Positions 9,882 through 19,029 of a stretch of 64,000 bases of DNA are shown piece after piece. How positions within the stretch are numbered: the stretch's first letter is position 1; the number at the start of each line of letters is the position of its first letter. Both the position numbers and the translations under genes were made by a program. The DNA is from Candidatus Taylorbacteria bacterium RIFCSPLOWO2_01_FULL_48_100. Its GTDB lineage: Bacteria; Patescibacteriota; Minisyncoccia; Phycocordibacterales; UBA10002. A model generated the notes under the pieces. It had not been told where the DNA came from. It did not search any database and saw nothing but the letters and a program-made list of their open reading frames with translations. Location of the stretch: positions 3,956 to 67,955 of the forward strand of contig MHSA01000021.1 of the NCBI GenBank assembly GCA_001821135.1. Reading direction: 5' to 3'.

Positions 9882-10955
9882 TTATGGAGGACAATTACCG
9901 CTTTCAAGCCCCCTCCCTTTCACATAAAGCGTTTTAGAATTAGGACATCGGATATAAAATGCAGTTTCTGTTTCTATATTAGTCATACGCTGTCTTAAAT
10001 CAATAGCTCGGTCATTTAATCCAGCCGTTTCCAGTTTTTCCGCGTCCTTTTCTACCTTGGCGCGCGCCGCCAGTAGCATTTGTGATACCGCCGCATTATT
10101 TGCCCCTACATCTTTATTGGCGATATTATAATCAACGCGCGGCAATCCACCCTGCCATGTCCAGTTGGTTGGATTTAATCTATCAAGCAACCCCGTCGGA
10201 ACTAAACAAGTCCCTCCTCCTTTCAAACATTTGTTAATCTGCGCTCGCATATCGGTAGACAACCAATCAACCGCCCCCTCGTAACTTCTCACCACCGTTT
10301 CTTTCGTTTTGATTTCTTGGAGTTTTGGCCTTAATGTATCAAGTTCTTCTTCCAATGCTGATAAGTTTGCGATTTCCTCAGGAGTAAAGTCGCCTTCACG
10401 AAATTTTCTATCCAGTTCTTTAACTCTTACATCAACAGCATCCCCTGCTATTTTTAGATCTTTCGCCTTCGTTGAAATGTTTTGAGCCCTCTGCAACGCT
10501 TCATCAAGAAACTTTCCATATGTATCCTCCACGCTTTGTATCCTCGTCTTTGTTACCGGATTGAGTTTTCCAATCGCGAGACCGATATCTACCAGACGCG
10601 GGTTGATGGTGTAAAGGAGCACATACGACGCGAGCACGGTCGCGAGCCCCCACACGACATTCATAATAACTCCCTTACTTTCGCTCTTGCCGCTCACTGC
10701 CTCCGTCGTCATATACTGGAACCCGCCCCACACGAGCATCAGCACGGCGAGAACTCCTGCGGCCCCTATTCCGAGTTTGTAAATCCCTGTGAGATATGTA
10801 GGGAGTGAAGTAGTTGTCTTTCCCAAATCAGTGATGTTTGGAAGTGGCGCAAGCGGTACATAATCAGTTTGCGCGAGCAACAGCGCAGGAATTACTAGCG
10901 TGGCAAGTGCGCATATTTCCACAAACATCGTTATTTTATACTGTACTTTTTTCAT
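9882..10955 (-). CDS. T4SS pilin-like (VirB2/TrbC-type) domain protein with C-terminal coiled-coil extension
   Basis: Signal peptide, then YLTGIYKLGIGAAGVLAVLMLVWGGFQYMT...GLATVLASYVLLYTINP two-helix pilin pattern common in CPR. Confidence 0.75.
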   Translation of the reverse strand: MKKVQYKITMFVEICALATLVIPALLLAQTDYVPLAPLPNITDLGKTTTSLPTYLTGIYKLGIGAAGVLAVLMLVWGGFQYMTTEAVSGKSESKGVIMNVVWGLATVLASYVLLYTINPRLVDIGLAIGKLNPVTKTRIQSVEDTYGKFLDEALQRAQNISTKAKDLKIAGDAVDVRVKELDRKFREGDFTPEEIANLSALEEELDTLRPKLQEIKTKETVVRSYEGAVDWLSTDMRAQINKCLKGGGTCLVPTGLLDRLNPTNWTWQGGLPRVDYNIANKDVGANNAAVSQMLLAARAKVEKDAEKLETAGLNDRAIDLRQRMTNIETETAFYIRCPNSKTLYVKGRGLESGNCPP

Positions 10956-10964
10956 GTTGCTTTC

Positions 10965-11076
10965 ATACTAATATACTAATGCATACCAATCTACCAATGA
11001 CTACCAATAAAATTCGTTTCTTATTCGTAGACATTCGTATCATTAGTATAATTCGCAGATTAGTATTTATTAGTAT
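10965..11076. repeat. Palindromic TAC(N)AAT repeat family A, empty copy
   Basis: Arm ATACTAATATACTAATGCATACCAATCTACCAATGACTACCAATAAAA plus inverted arm; abuts the TGA of the upstream gene. Confidence 0.9.
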
Positions 11077-12035
11077 CAAAATGTAATCATTGTTCTCGCT
11101 TCTCCAAACTGAAACATCGCTTTTGGATTGGTTACCTCAACACTAATATCCGCGCTTCCCGCAGCGCCTTCTTTTCTAAACACAACGCTCTCATCATTTG
11201 GCGAGCCGACCTTTAGATTATTGAGCGTCCAGTTGTATTGTAGAAGTGGCGCGTCTGCTTTGTTGAAAAAGAATGGTTGTGCCGCAACGCGGATTTCCGG
11301 TGCCGTAAGCGTAGTGCCCCTCGCAAGCGCTTTATTCCACAATATGCCGTAGAGCGGATTGTCTTCGTACAAAATAACTTGCGGCGCAGTTGCTTCGGCG
11401 ACTATACGCGCTTCCGCCACCGCGCTTCCGTCAGGCGATTCCACTTCCACCGTTATTTCCGTCGGGCGAAACGGCACTTTTGCATAAAAGGTGAAAATAT
11501 CTCTTCCAACCCCCGACGAACCCTCCGGCACACGGTCGGCAATGCGCCAAGTGTATTTAAGCATTTTCGGGTTGGCGCGCGCGCTCGCGGCACCTGCAAA
11601 AAACGGAACCGCGGCAATCCGCGTCGCGCCGTGGTAAGAAAAGAGCGTCTTGCCTAGGTAAAAAGGCGGAGCGGTGCCGTCCGATTCTGCAACAAGAAGC
11701 ACCGACGCCGGCGAGAGGTTTATTGTTTTTTCTATCATCTCTTCTAATTCAGACATCCTCACCGTCAGCACTGTTTTAGAGCCGAGCTTGCCGGTGCGAA
11801 ACGACGCGCTCGTTTCCCCCTTCCCCTTCCGCACCGATACGCCATTGATTAGCCATTGTATTTCCACATCTGCCGCGCTCCCGCCGCTTAAAATGTGAAG
11901 CGACGCTTGCACGAGCGTATTCGGTCCCGGCTTTTCCGGCGAGAGGTTTATCAGTATCGCGTCAGCGGAAGGCGGCAGCGCGGCAAAAGCAGGTGTCGCA
12001 ACGAGGAATATGAAGATGTATAGTATTTTTTTCAT
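11076..12035 (-). CDS. Secreted protein with tandem Ig-like/beta-sandwich domains
   Basis: Signal peptide; repeated YxW beta motifs (IQWLING, YTWRI, YNWTLNN). Confidence 0.65.
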   Translation of the reverse strand: MKKILYIFIFLVATPAFAALPPSADAILINLSPEKPGPNTLVQASLHILSGGSAADVEIQWLINGVSVRKGKGETSASFRTGKLGSKTVLTVRMSELEEMIEKTINLSPASVLLVAESDGTAPPFYLGKTLFSYHGATRIAAVPFFAGAASARANPKMLKYTWRIADRVPEGSSGVGRDIFTFYAKVPFRPTEITVEVESPDGSAVAEARIVAEATAPQVILYEDNPLYGILWNKALARGTTLTAPEIRVAAQPFFFNKADAPLLQYNWTLNNLKVGSPNDESVVFRKEGAAGSADISVEVTNPKAMFQFGEARTMITF

Positions 12036-12376
12036 ACCTTTTTCGGCATTTTTATGCCGGTTTTATCTTCCAATTGTACCACAAGCACCGTGAGCGCGAC
12101 CCCAACCGTTATACAAGGCAATATATTGAGCACTGGAATCGCCTCAATAATCGCAGAGCCGAAAAACGAAGCCGCGCGCTTAGGGTTCACAAACCCTACT
12201 CCGCGGCTCAAAAACCAAAATCCAAATGTGAGGTACGCAATAATTGACACAAGCACGGCGAGCACTTGTCCCAATAAAGGGATAAGATTTAACCCAGCAT
12301 TTACGGCATCAAACAAAACAGCAACCGCAACCATAACAACGCCGGTTGTTTTATCAATTCTAATTTCTTGTTTCAT
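12032..12376 (-). CDS. Small multi-pass membrane protein (T4SS cluster)
   Basis: Hydrophobic helices, IEAIPVLNILP; ATG at 12376 preferred because the longer start lies in the repeat. Confidence 0.7.
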   Translation of the reverse strand: MKQEIRIDKTTGVVMVAVAVLFDAVNAGLNLIPLLGQVLAVLVSIIAYLTFGFWFLSRGVGFVNPKRAASFFGSAIIEAIPVLNILPCITVGVALTVLVVQLEDKTGIKMPKKV

Positions 12377-12387
12377 AGAAATTATAT

Positions 12388-12488
12388 ATACCAATATACA
12401 AATGTATACCAATCTACAAATGGATACGAATAGGAACAGGAAATATTAGTAGTCATTCGTATAATTCGTATCATTGGTATATTGGTAT
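12388..12488. repeat. Palindromic repeat family A, empty copy
   Basis: Two inverted TAC(N)AAT arms; overlaps the TAA of the VirB4-like gene. Confidence 0.9.
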
Positions 12489-14305
12489 TACGCGCTTGCG
12501 CGCAATTCTTCTTTTGCGCGTTTAATCGCTAAGAGTTGCGACGGGTCGGAAGTGATAATCTGGTCTTCTGTGTAGGATGCAACAATTTTAATCGCGACAT
12601 GTTTCAGCCCGACGAAAAAGAGTCCCTCCCCCACATCCGATTCAAGCAAAAGATATTTTTCCTCATCGGTCAGGTTGAATACTTTTTGTATGCGGTCTAT
12701 CACTGCGGGTGATTGCTTCAGAAGCATTTGGATAGACGAGTTCGTTACAATCGGCAATCCATACGGAGAGGAAAGGAAATCGTCCACATCTTGCGTAATG
12801 GTCGCAACACCTAAAAAGTATTTGCGTCCGCGCTTGGCGACAGAAAGAAGAAATGAGGCGGTATCTTCCGAGCGCATCATCCACCACGCCTCATCCACGA
12901 CGAGGAGCCGTTTTTTGAGATTTCGGCGCACGGCGTTCCAGATGTGGTGTGTAACGATGTAAGTTGCGACCGATTTTAGTTCGTCTTCCATATCCCGAAG
13001 GGAAAATACGACAAGATTGCCGTTTATGGACACATTGGATGGGCGATTAATAAAGTTTGCCCAAGTGCCTTTTGTGTATTTGGTAAGCCGCACACGGATG
13101 CTCTCTGTCCCCTCCATTCCCGCAAGCACCATTTCAAAATCAGACAGAAGCGGCGGCTCGGTTTTCCCGAAGTCAGAATCAGGCGTAATGTCTTTAAGCG
13201 CGTAGGTCTCGGTAATCGCTCGGTCCACTAGTGCGTCTTCTTCCGGTGTAAGCCCGCCCAGCATTATGCGAAAAAGCCCGACGAGCGAGATAATGTGCGA
13301 GCGCAAAATGTCCGCAGGCGATTCATCCTCGCGCGGCAAAGGCAAGTCAAACGGGTTGATGTGGTGTTCGGAAGTGAGTGAGATGGAAAAGAACTTGCCG
13401 CCGACCGATTCCGCGAGAAACTCATACTCTTTTTCCGGGTCAATCACAATCACTTCCGTATCAAACATCAGTGTTCGTAAGATTTCCAATTTCATCATAT
13501 AGGACTTGCCGGCGCCCGACTTCGCAAAAACGACCGAGTTGTAGTTTTCCAGCGAGAAGCGGTCAAACAAAACAAGCGAAGAATTATGCCTATTTATGCC
13601 GTACAAGATTCCTTTGTCGGAAGTTAAGTCAAACGAAATGAATGGGAAAATTGAAGAAAGCGGTCCAGAATTAAGTTTAGAATGTACCAGAAGCTCGTCC
13701 GATGCTGTAGGCGCAACCGAACGAAACCCCTCCGCCTGCTGAAAGAGTGCCGGCTTCATATACACGAGTTTCGCTTCCATAATGGACTTCACTTCGCTCT
13801 CAATTTTTTCTAATTCTTCTTCTGTGTCTGCGTACAGCGTAATATATAATCCAACATCAAAAATCTTTTCTTGCGCCTGTTGCAGTTCATCGCGAAGCTT
13901 TTCCAAGTCCTGATACGCGGTCTCAAGCATCGGGTCGCGCACAAACCCTTTTTCTTCGCGCGTGTGGATTTGGCTCTGCACCTCCGCGACTTTTTTCTGG
14001 AACTGCTTCAGCACTTTTCCCGTTTCAACAGGATGTACGAAAATAGAGACATCAAACACTTTATCAAGATTTATAATCGGCGAAAACCAGCCGGCGGTTA
14101 GGAAGCGCGGATAGGAGATGACGAAATAGGTGCGAGCGATTTTCTCGCCCATATTGAGCGTCTTCGGCGTGATTTTGAGAGCCGCGGGCGCGAGCACATC
14201 GCGCAGTTCCAAAACCCCCGACTGGTAAATCTGTTCGGGCAGTATCGGCGTAATCTCGCTCTCGCCACTTTGTTTTTTCTTTTTGAATAGGTCTAGTATG
14301 TTCAT
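12488..14305 (-). CDS. VirB4-like conjugative ATPase
   Basis: Walker A AKSGAGKS, IDPEKEY, INPFD, Walker B VVDEAW, RGRKY, TQDVDD. Confidence 0.92.
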   Translation of the reverse strand: MNILDLFKKKKQSGESEITPILPEQIYQSGVLELRDVLAPAALKITPKTLNMGEKIARTYFVISYPRFLTAGWFSPIINLDKVFDVSIFVHPVETGKVLKQFQKKVAEVQSQIHTREEKGFVRDPMLETAYQDLEKLRDELQQAQEKIFDVGLYITLYADTEEELEKIESEVKSIMEAKLVYMKPALFQQAEGFRSVAPTASDELLVHSKLNSGPLSSIFPFISFDLTSDKGILYGINRHNSSLVLFDRFSLENYNSVVFAKSGAGKSYMMKLEILRTLMFDTEVIVIDPEKEYEFLAESVGGKFFSISLTSEHHINPFDLPLPREDESPADILRSHIISLVGLFRIMLGGLTPEEDALVDRAITETYALKDITPDSDFGKTEPPLLSDFEMVLAGMEGTESIRVRLTKYTKGTWANFINRPSNVSINGNLVVFSLRDMEDELKSVATYIVTHHIWNAVRRNLKKRLLVVDEAWWMMRSEDTASFLLSVAKRGRKYFLGVATITQDVDDFLSSPYGLPIVTNSSIQMLLKQSPAVIDRIQKVFNLTDEEKYLLLESDVGEGLFFVGLKHVAIKIVASYTEDQIITSDPSQLLAIKRAKEELRASA

Positions 14306-14314
14306 AAAATATCT

Positions 14315-14419
14315 ATACCAATATACTAATGATACGAATTATACGAATGACTACGAATAAAAATTCTTTGTTTACATTGGTAATCATTAGTAGATTGGTA
14401 TGCATTCGTATATTGGTAT
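14315..14419. repeat. Palindromic repeat family A, empty copy
   Basis: Two inverted arms; overlaps the TAA of the 14419 gene. Confidence 0.9.
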
Positions 14420-15045
14420 TAAGCAACTGCCGCGTGCTGTTCCTCGCCAGGGTTAAATAATTTATAAAACAATTCTATTTCCTCGTCTGTGCCGAGTCGC
14501 GCGGTGCGGAGACCGCACCTCGTCAGCCCCTGCTCTACGATAGAAATGCGTTGTTCAATCTGAGTTCTATTTTCGTTGAAGTCGCTCGTTGCCGCGGCGG
14601 GCGTTTGGTTTTTACGCCTGAGCCCTATCGGCAGCCCACCTTTGAGTTTCACTGGTGTAGGCGAATACGGCACGACTATGAAAAATGTTTTGGACATAAT
14701 AGCCGTGCTTTCCGTAAACGAGCGCACAAACTCTATATACTCGCGCGTCTGAATTTTTAGAAGTTCCGTCTGTTGCGCCTTCACGCGCGTTTCAAGAAGC
14801 GCGATGTAGGGTCTGACATCAAACCGCCGCGAGTGAATAACGATTTGTGCAGAAAAGTCCAGCGTGTTCAAGAAGTTTTGGAATTGCAAAAGAATCGCCT
14901 CTTGATTGTCTTCTGATTTCAGCGCGAAGTTGACGGAAGACACCATAAGAACAGCGCGCAGCCCACCATCGCGTAGGACGAGTATGCCGTCGCGAATTTC
15001 CGAAATCGGCACAAATTCCTGAGTTGGTTTTGTTTTTGGAGGCAT
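14419..15045 (-). CDS. T4SS-associated TraC/VirB4 N-terminal-like protein
   Basis: TQEFVPISEIRDG, VNFALKSE, FQNFLNTLDF; directly upstream of VirB4. Confidence 0.75.
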   Translation of the reverse strand: MPPKTKPTQEFVPISEIRDGILVLRDGGLRAVLMVSSVNFALKSEDNQEAILLQFQNFLNTLDFSAQIVIHSRRFDVRPYIALLETRVKAQQTELLKIQTREYIEFVRSFTESTAIMSKTFFIVVPYSPTPVKLKGGLPIGLRRKNQTPAAATSDFNENRTQIEQRISIVEQGLTRCGLRTARLGTDEEIELFYKLFNPGEEQHAAVA

Positions 15046-15054
15046 AAAGTAAAT

Positions 15055-15538
15055 ATACGAATATACAAATTATACGAATGATACGAATGTCTACGAATAA
15101 AACTATATCATAATTTTATCTGTCGTATTCGCTCAATCCGCACGATTCTTCGTGGTTTAAGTAGTTTTTCACGAAAATTCACCAACAAACCAAGCCGCAA
15201 CTCAGTTTGTTGTAAGTAATTTTGGATTTGCCTAAAATCCTCTCTTAATAATAGCCGTTTTGCTTTTAATTCCAAAACGACCTGATTCTCTATAAGAAAA
15301 TCAAGGATGTTACCTCCGGTTCCGATGGCTAATTCTCTTTTGTAGTTTATATTTTTTTCTTTAAGATATTTCTCTATTGCATCAGCGTACTGTTTTTCTC
15401 TTGCATACTCGCCGAGTTCATTATGTGCAGCAAAACATATGCCAGTGAGTATGTATGAAAGTTCCGGAAACAGTAGTACTGGCTTTTTGTTCCTATTAGT
15501 AGACATTAGTAGATTAGTATTCATTCGTATATTGGTAT
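15055..15538. mobile_element. Family A palindrome with GxxExxY gene in its loop (candidate autonomous element)
   Basis: Left arm 15055-15102 and inverted right arm ~15485-15538 bracket the GxxExxY ORF. Confidence 0.65.
15108..15524 (-). CDS. GxxExxY protein (PD-(D/E)XK nuclease fold)
   Basis: HNELGEYAREKQY, DFLIEN, LELKA, QIQNYL, LGLLVNF. Confidence 0.92.
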   Translation of the reverse strand: MNTNLLMSTNRNKKPVLLFPELSYILTGICFAAHNELGEYAREKQYADAIEKYLKEKNINYKRELAIGTGGNILDFLIENQVVLELKAKRLLLREDFRQIQNYLQQTELRLGLLVNFREKLLKPRRIVRIERIRQIKL

Positions 15539-15540
15539 TA

Positions 15541-15945
15541 CTATTTTCTGGTGGTGGTATGCGAAATGTCCAGCGTCCATGTTAAGTCCTTCAACTTTCC
15601 TTCCGTCAATTTTGGAATAGTCGGCGGGTTCGTGTTTTGCGCAGGACTTTTCGCGGATGGCGCGCGCGGCACTTTACGCCATAAGTACAATTTTTCCGAC
15701 AAGTAATAGCGGATGGCGGATTCAAGCACAAAAACAAACGGCTTGTTGTTTATTTTCCAAAACGCGAGCGCGAGCGCGAGCGCGGCGACTGGCGCAATAA
15801 TGAGAATTGCGACGATAAACGGCAAGAAGCGGTAGAGAATAAAAGAAAGCCCCGCTCCGCCGACAAGGTAAATGAACTGCTTGACGGTGAGCGGTCCAAA
15901 CAGGCGGTCTTCTATGTCTATAAATTGCGGGGTTTGATAACGCAT
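15541..15945 (-). CDS. PrgI-family membrane protein
   Basis: PQFIDIEDRLFGPLTVKQF followed by two TM helices. Confidence 0.9.
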   Translation of the reverse strand: MRYQTPQFIDIEDRLFGPLTVKQFIYLVGGAGLSFILYRFLPFIVAILIIAPVAALALALAFWKINNKPFVFVLESAIRYYLSEKLYLWRKVPRAPSAKSPAQNTNPPTIPKLTEGKLKDLTWTLDISHTTTRK

Positions 15946-15954
15946 ATGCGTTTT

Positions 15955-16059
15955 ATACCAATATACTAATGTTACTAATGATACGAATGTCTACGAATAA
16001 AAAATCTCTGTTTCCATTTGTAGTCATTGGTAGATTGGTATGCATTCGTATATTGGTAT
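15955..16059. repeat. Palindromic repeat family A, empty copy
   Basis: Two inverted arms; overlaps the TAA of the 16059 gene. Confidence 0.9.
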
Positions 16060-17093
16060 TATTCTATTGGCTCACGATAAGGGTCTTTTGGATAATTACT
16101 CTGTGTTGATGTTGATTGTGGCGAATAATTTGGCGCGGCAATCGGCAAGTTTTTCGGCGGTTCGGTGGTTGGTGCAAATCGGTACTTACCTTCTGTTTTT
16201 TGTTCCTGTTCTTTCCCCGTCTTATTTGTAGCCATTTGTAGATTAGTATTCATTCGTATATTGGTATTCATATTTCTCAAAATCTCCCGCACTGGCCGCA
16301 AAATCTCCATATTCACCACTTGTCCAACCGCCATCGCGCGGTCGCGCGGTAGGCGCAAGCGGCGCGTGAGGTTGTCTACAAAATTCACCGGCTGTGTTAG
16401 CCCCAACATAACAAGCCCCGCCTCGCTCACCAATTCTCCCGTTTCTTCCACATTTAACCCGAACTTTTTCGCCACTCCTTCAAGACGAGATAAAAACCCA
16501 ACGCTCTCCAGCGACTGCTTCACTTCAATCGGCGTTTTGCGGAACGCGTCGTTTATTCGGTTGTCGTCGTACGCAGTGCCACGTTTGATATCGGAGAGAA
16601 GAGTTTGTAGCGTATAGCGTGTAGCGTGTAACGTAGATTCGGGGGGAGTGGGTAATTCTTTGCGGATGAGAACGGGGCGAGGAGGGGCTGGGGGTAAGTT
16701 GGTAAGTTTGGAAGTTTGTAAGTTGGGTGGCGTAGTAGTTGGTTTTGTTTCTGTTTTATTCGTAGACATTCGTAGATTAGTATTCATTCGTATATTGGTA
16801 TTAATATTGGTATTAAAAATCTCTTTTTCAACTTCCCCCGCAATCGCCCGCGCCTGCTCGGGCGGCAATAATAATTCACTCGCGAATTCGTTTTCTGCTT
16901 GTTTTGTGTCAATGATCTGTAGAAGTATTGCGCCTACTATGTAATTAAACTTTACTCGCTGTTCTTTTGATAGATTATGTTTTTCTGCAACACGAACAGT
17001 CGCCGCTGTTGCTTCTGGCGAAGTAATATAATCCTGCGTATCTTGCGGTAATTTTTTTAACGCCCTTATTTTTTCTTCGTTTGTAAATTTCAT
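16059..17093 (-). CDS. Hypothetical protein with two similar helical domains, C-terminal DPYREPIE and two in-frame family A arms
   Basis: Duplicated LP..Q..I / EI(F/L) helical module; NTNIRMNTNL peptides encoded at 16224-16268 and 16755-16813. Confidence 0.7.
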   Translation of the reverse strand: MKFTNEEKIRALKKLPQDTQDYITSPEATAATVRVAEKHNLSKEQRVKFNYIVGAILLQIIDTKQAENEFASELLLPPEQARAIAGEVEKEIFNTNINTNIRMNTNLRMSTNKTETKPTTTPPNLQTSKLTNLPPAPPRPVLIRKELPTPPESTLHATRYTLQTLLSDIKRGTAYDDNRINDAFRKTPIEVKQSLESVGFLSRLEGVAKKFGLNVEETGELVSEAGLVMLGLTQPVNFVDNLTRRLRLPRDRAMAVGQVVNMEILRPVREILRNMNTNIRMNTNLQMATNKTGKEQEQKTEGKYRFAPTTEPPKNLPIAAPNYSPQSTSTQSNYPKDPYREPIE

Positions 17094-17100
17094 ATTTTTA

Positions 17101-19023
17101 TTATACCCAGAGCGTTGCATTGACTGGATTTGAAACATAAGCCAACTGAGCAGCTTGCTCGGGATATGCCACAGCCCCAGTTATTTCGTTCAATATCGCT
17201 GTTATTTCATTCGGCATAAGATTTCCATTTTCCATAAGATCGCGAAGATGTTGCGGTCGCATCCTTCTAATTATATCTGGATTGACGCGTGCTTCATGAG
17301 AAAGTTCTCGCGCTTGGTTTGGACGAAGTATTGCAACGCGCCTATCCATTTCTGCGTGTGTTATTGGTGGTGCACCTGCCACTGGTGGTGTCGCAATCGC
17401 TTCAATTTCAGTAAGGCGTTGTTCGTTTTGTGTGTCTCGTTCCACATTTCTCCGCGCCTCACGAACTTTGTCTTGTTCTTCCGGTGTCAGACGGTTGTAA
17501 AGACCTGTTATCTGTTCTGGTGAAAGAGTACCGGTTCTTTCTAACGCCACCCTATCTCTTGCCGAAAGTTTCTCATACGCTTTCCTGCGTTGGCCTTCTG
17601 GAAGGTTTGCGAGGTATTGCGCCTGCATGGCTGGGTTATTGCGGAACCCTTTCATTGTTTTTTCTACTTCTTCATCGCCCACTGTGCCGAAAGTACCCTT
17701 CTCCTGCATTTCTTTGTAACTTTTCCCACCGATTTTCATTGACTGCAAGCGGTCGGCGGTGCGAAGAGCCATGCGTGCAAGCGGGTTGGTAGACGCTTTT
17801 AGCGCATCGCTGTTTGTCGCAGCGCGCGCAAACCCTCCAATCGTGCGCGCCGCGACGCCCCCCGCAAGTCCGGTAACCGCTCCCTGCCCCCATTTGCGGA
17901 GACCTTGCCCCCAGCCCATTACCATAGAGCCGCCGTATGCTCCCATATTTTTTGCGATAAGGAGTGTCGCGGCAATGGCGACAATGAGAATCAAATAGTT
18001 TATAACAATCCCGATATTCCCCGACGATTCGGATGTCATCAGCGCGGCAAATGACGCTTCGTTGTTTTGGATTTTCAAGAGTTCCGCCATACCGCCGCTC
18101 TGAATCGCATTGGCGACCGCGTAGTTAAGCGCCATATATACTGGGGCGAAAAATGTATAAGAAAAAAGCGCGTGCCACCATTTATCCGTATGTGATTTCA
18201 TTCCGGGAAAAACCCACGCCACAAACGCGAGCGGCGCGAGAATCATCACAAACATCAGCACCACAGCGCGGACGATAAACAGCACTGCGGCGGCGAAGAA
18301 GATGAACGCAGTAACAAGGAAGAATACCGAGCCGAGAATAGTCGCAAGCCCCACTTTCATAAAATTGTCGGCAAACCCGCCCGCCGCCGCCATAGCATCT
18401 GTCGTTGTTTGCCCGCCTCTCGCATCCATCACGCTCTGGAGTCGCAAGCCCTCCATATATATATCGGAGAGTCCCGCTTTTTCAGTTGTTTCTACGCCGT
18501 TGACGATGAGGTTAGGCCGCATTGCGTCGTAGAAGTGAAGCGTCGCAATGTTGCCTGCGTCAATAATCGCTTTGGTGATAAAGAGCGAGAAGTTTATCAG
18601 AAGCGCCATTATGATTACATTCAGAAGCAGTTTCTTTATTTCCCCTCCACCAAGCCCGAGAATAGTCCGTATGCCTATCCAAAGTAAAATAAAAATGAAG
18701 CACAGGTTTGCAATGTCGCGAAATACCGTCCAGCCGACAGACACAATCGGCACTTTCTCTATCAATTCGCCAACTCTGCCGATGCTGAGTTCCACTGAGG
18801 CATTCAGTATTGCGCCGGATATGTTCAACACTTTGGAAACAATCGTAAGAACGATGTTGCCTAAGTCGGCGAAGACGCTCGTAATCACATCATGCCAGCC
18901 CATCGCGCCGATAATTTTACCCGCGACATACCCAACGGCACCTTCCTGCGCAAACGCAACTCCCGCGCCGATCGGCGCCAGTATCATTCCAGCAAGCACT
19001 ATGATGATAAGCAGTTTTTTCAT
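17101..19023 (-). CDS. VirB6/TrbL-like polytopic membrane protein
   Basis: GWTVFRDIAN, ALLINFSLFITKAIID, R..L...ILAPLAF..W, multiple TM; in T4SS cluster. Confidence 0.75.
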   Translation of the reverse strand: MKKLLIIIVLAGMILAPIGAGVAFAQEGAVGYVAGKIIGAMGWHDVITSVFADLGNIVLTIVSKVLNISGAILNASVELSIGRVGELIEKVPIVSVGWTVFRDIANLCFIFILLWIGIRTILGLGGGEIKKLLLNVIIMALLINFSLFITKAIIDAGNIATLHFYDAMRPNLIVNGVETTEKAGLSDIYMEGLRLQSVMDARGGQTTTDAMAAAGGFADNFMKVGLATILGSVFFLVTAFIFFAAAVLFIVRAVVLMFVMILAPLAFVAWVFPGMKSHTDKWWHALFSYTFFAPVYMALNYAVANAIQSGGMAELLKIQNNEASFAALMTSESSGNIGIVINYLILIVAIAATLLIAKNMGAYGGSMVMGWGQGLRKWGQGAVTGLAGGVAARTIGGFARAATNSDALKASTNPLARMALRTADRLQSMKIGGKSYKEMQEKGTFGTVGDEEVEKTMKGFRNNPAMQAQYLANLPEGQRRKAYEKLSARDRVALERTGTLSPEQITGLYNRLTPEEQDKVREARRNVERDTQNEQRLTEIEAIATPPVAGAPPITHAEMDRRVAILRPNQARELSHEARVNPDIIRRMRPQHLRDLMENGNLMPNEITAILNEITGAVAYPEQAAQLAYVSNPVNATLWV

Positions 19024-19029
19024 AAGTGA

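Noticed and set aside
10965-16059. TACGAAT arrays as CRISPR
   Set aside because: Units are 7-9 nt, degenerate and arranged as inverted arms with no unique spacers; no cas genes are visible.
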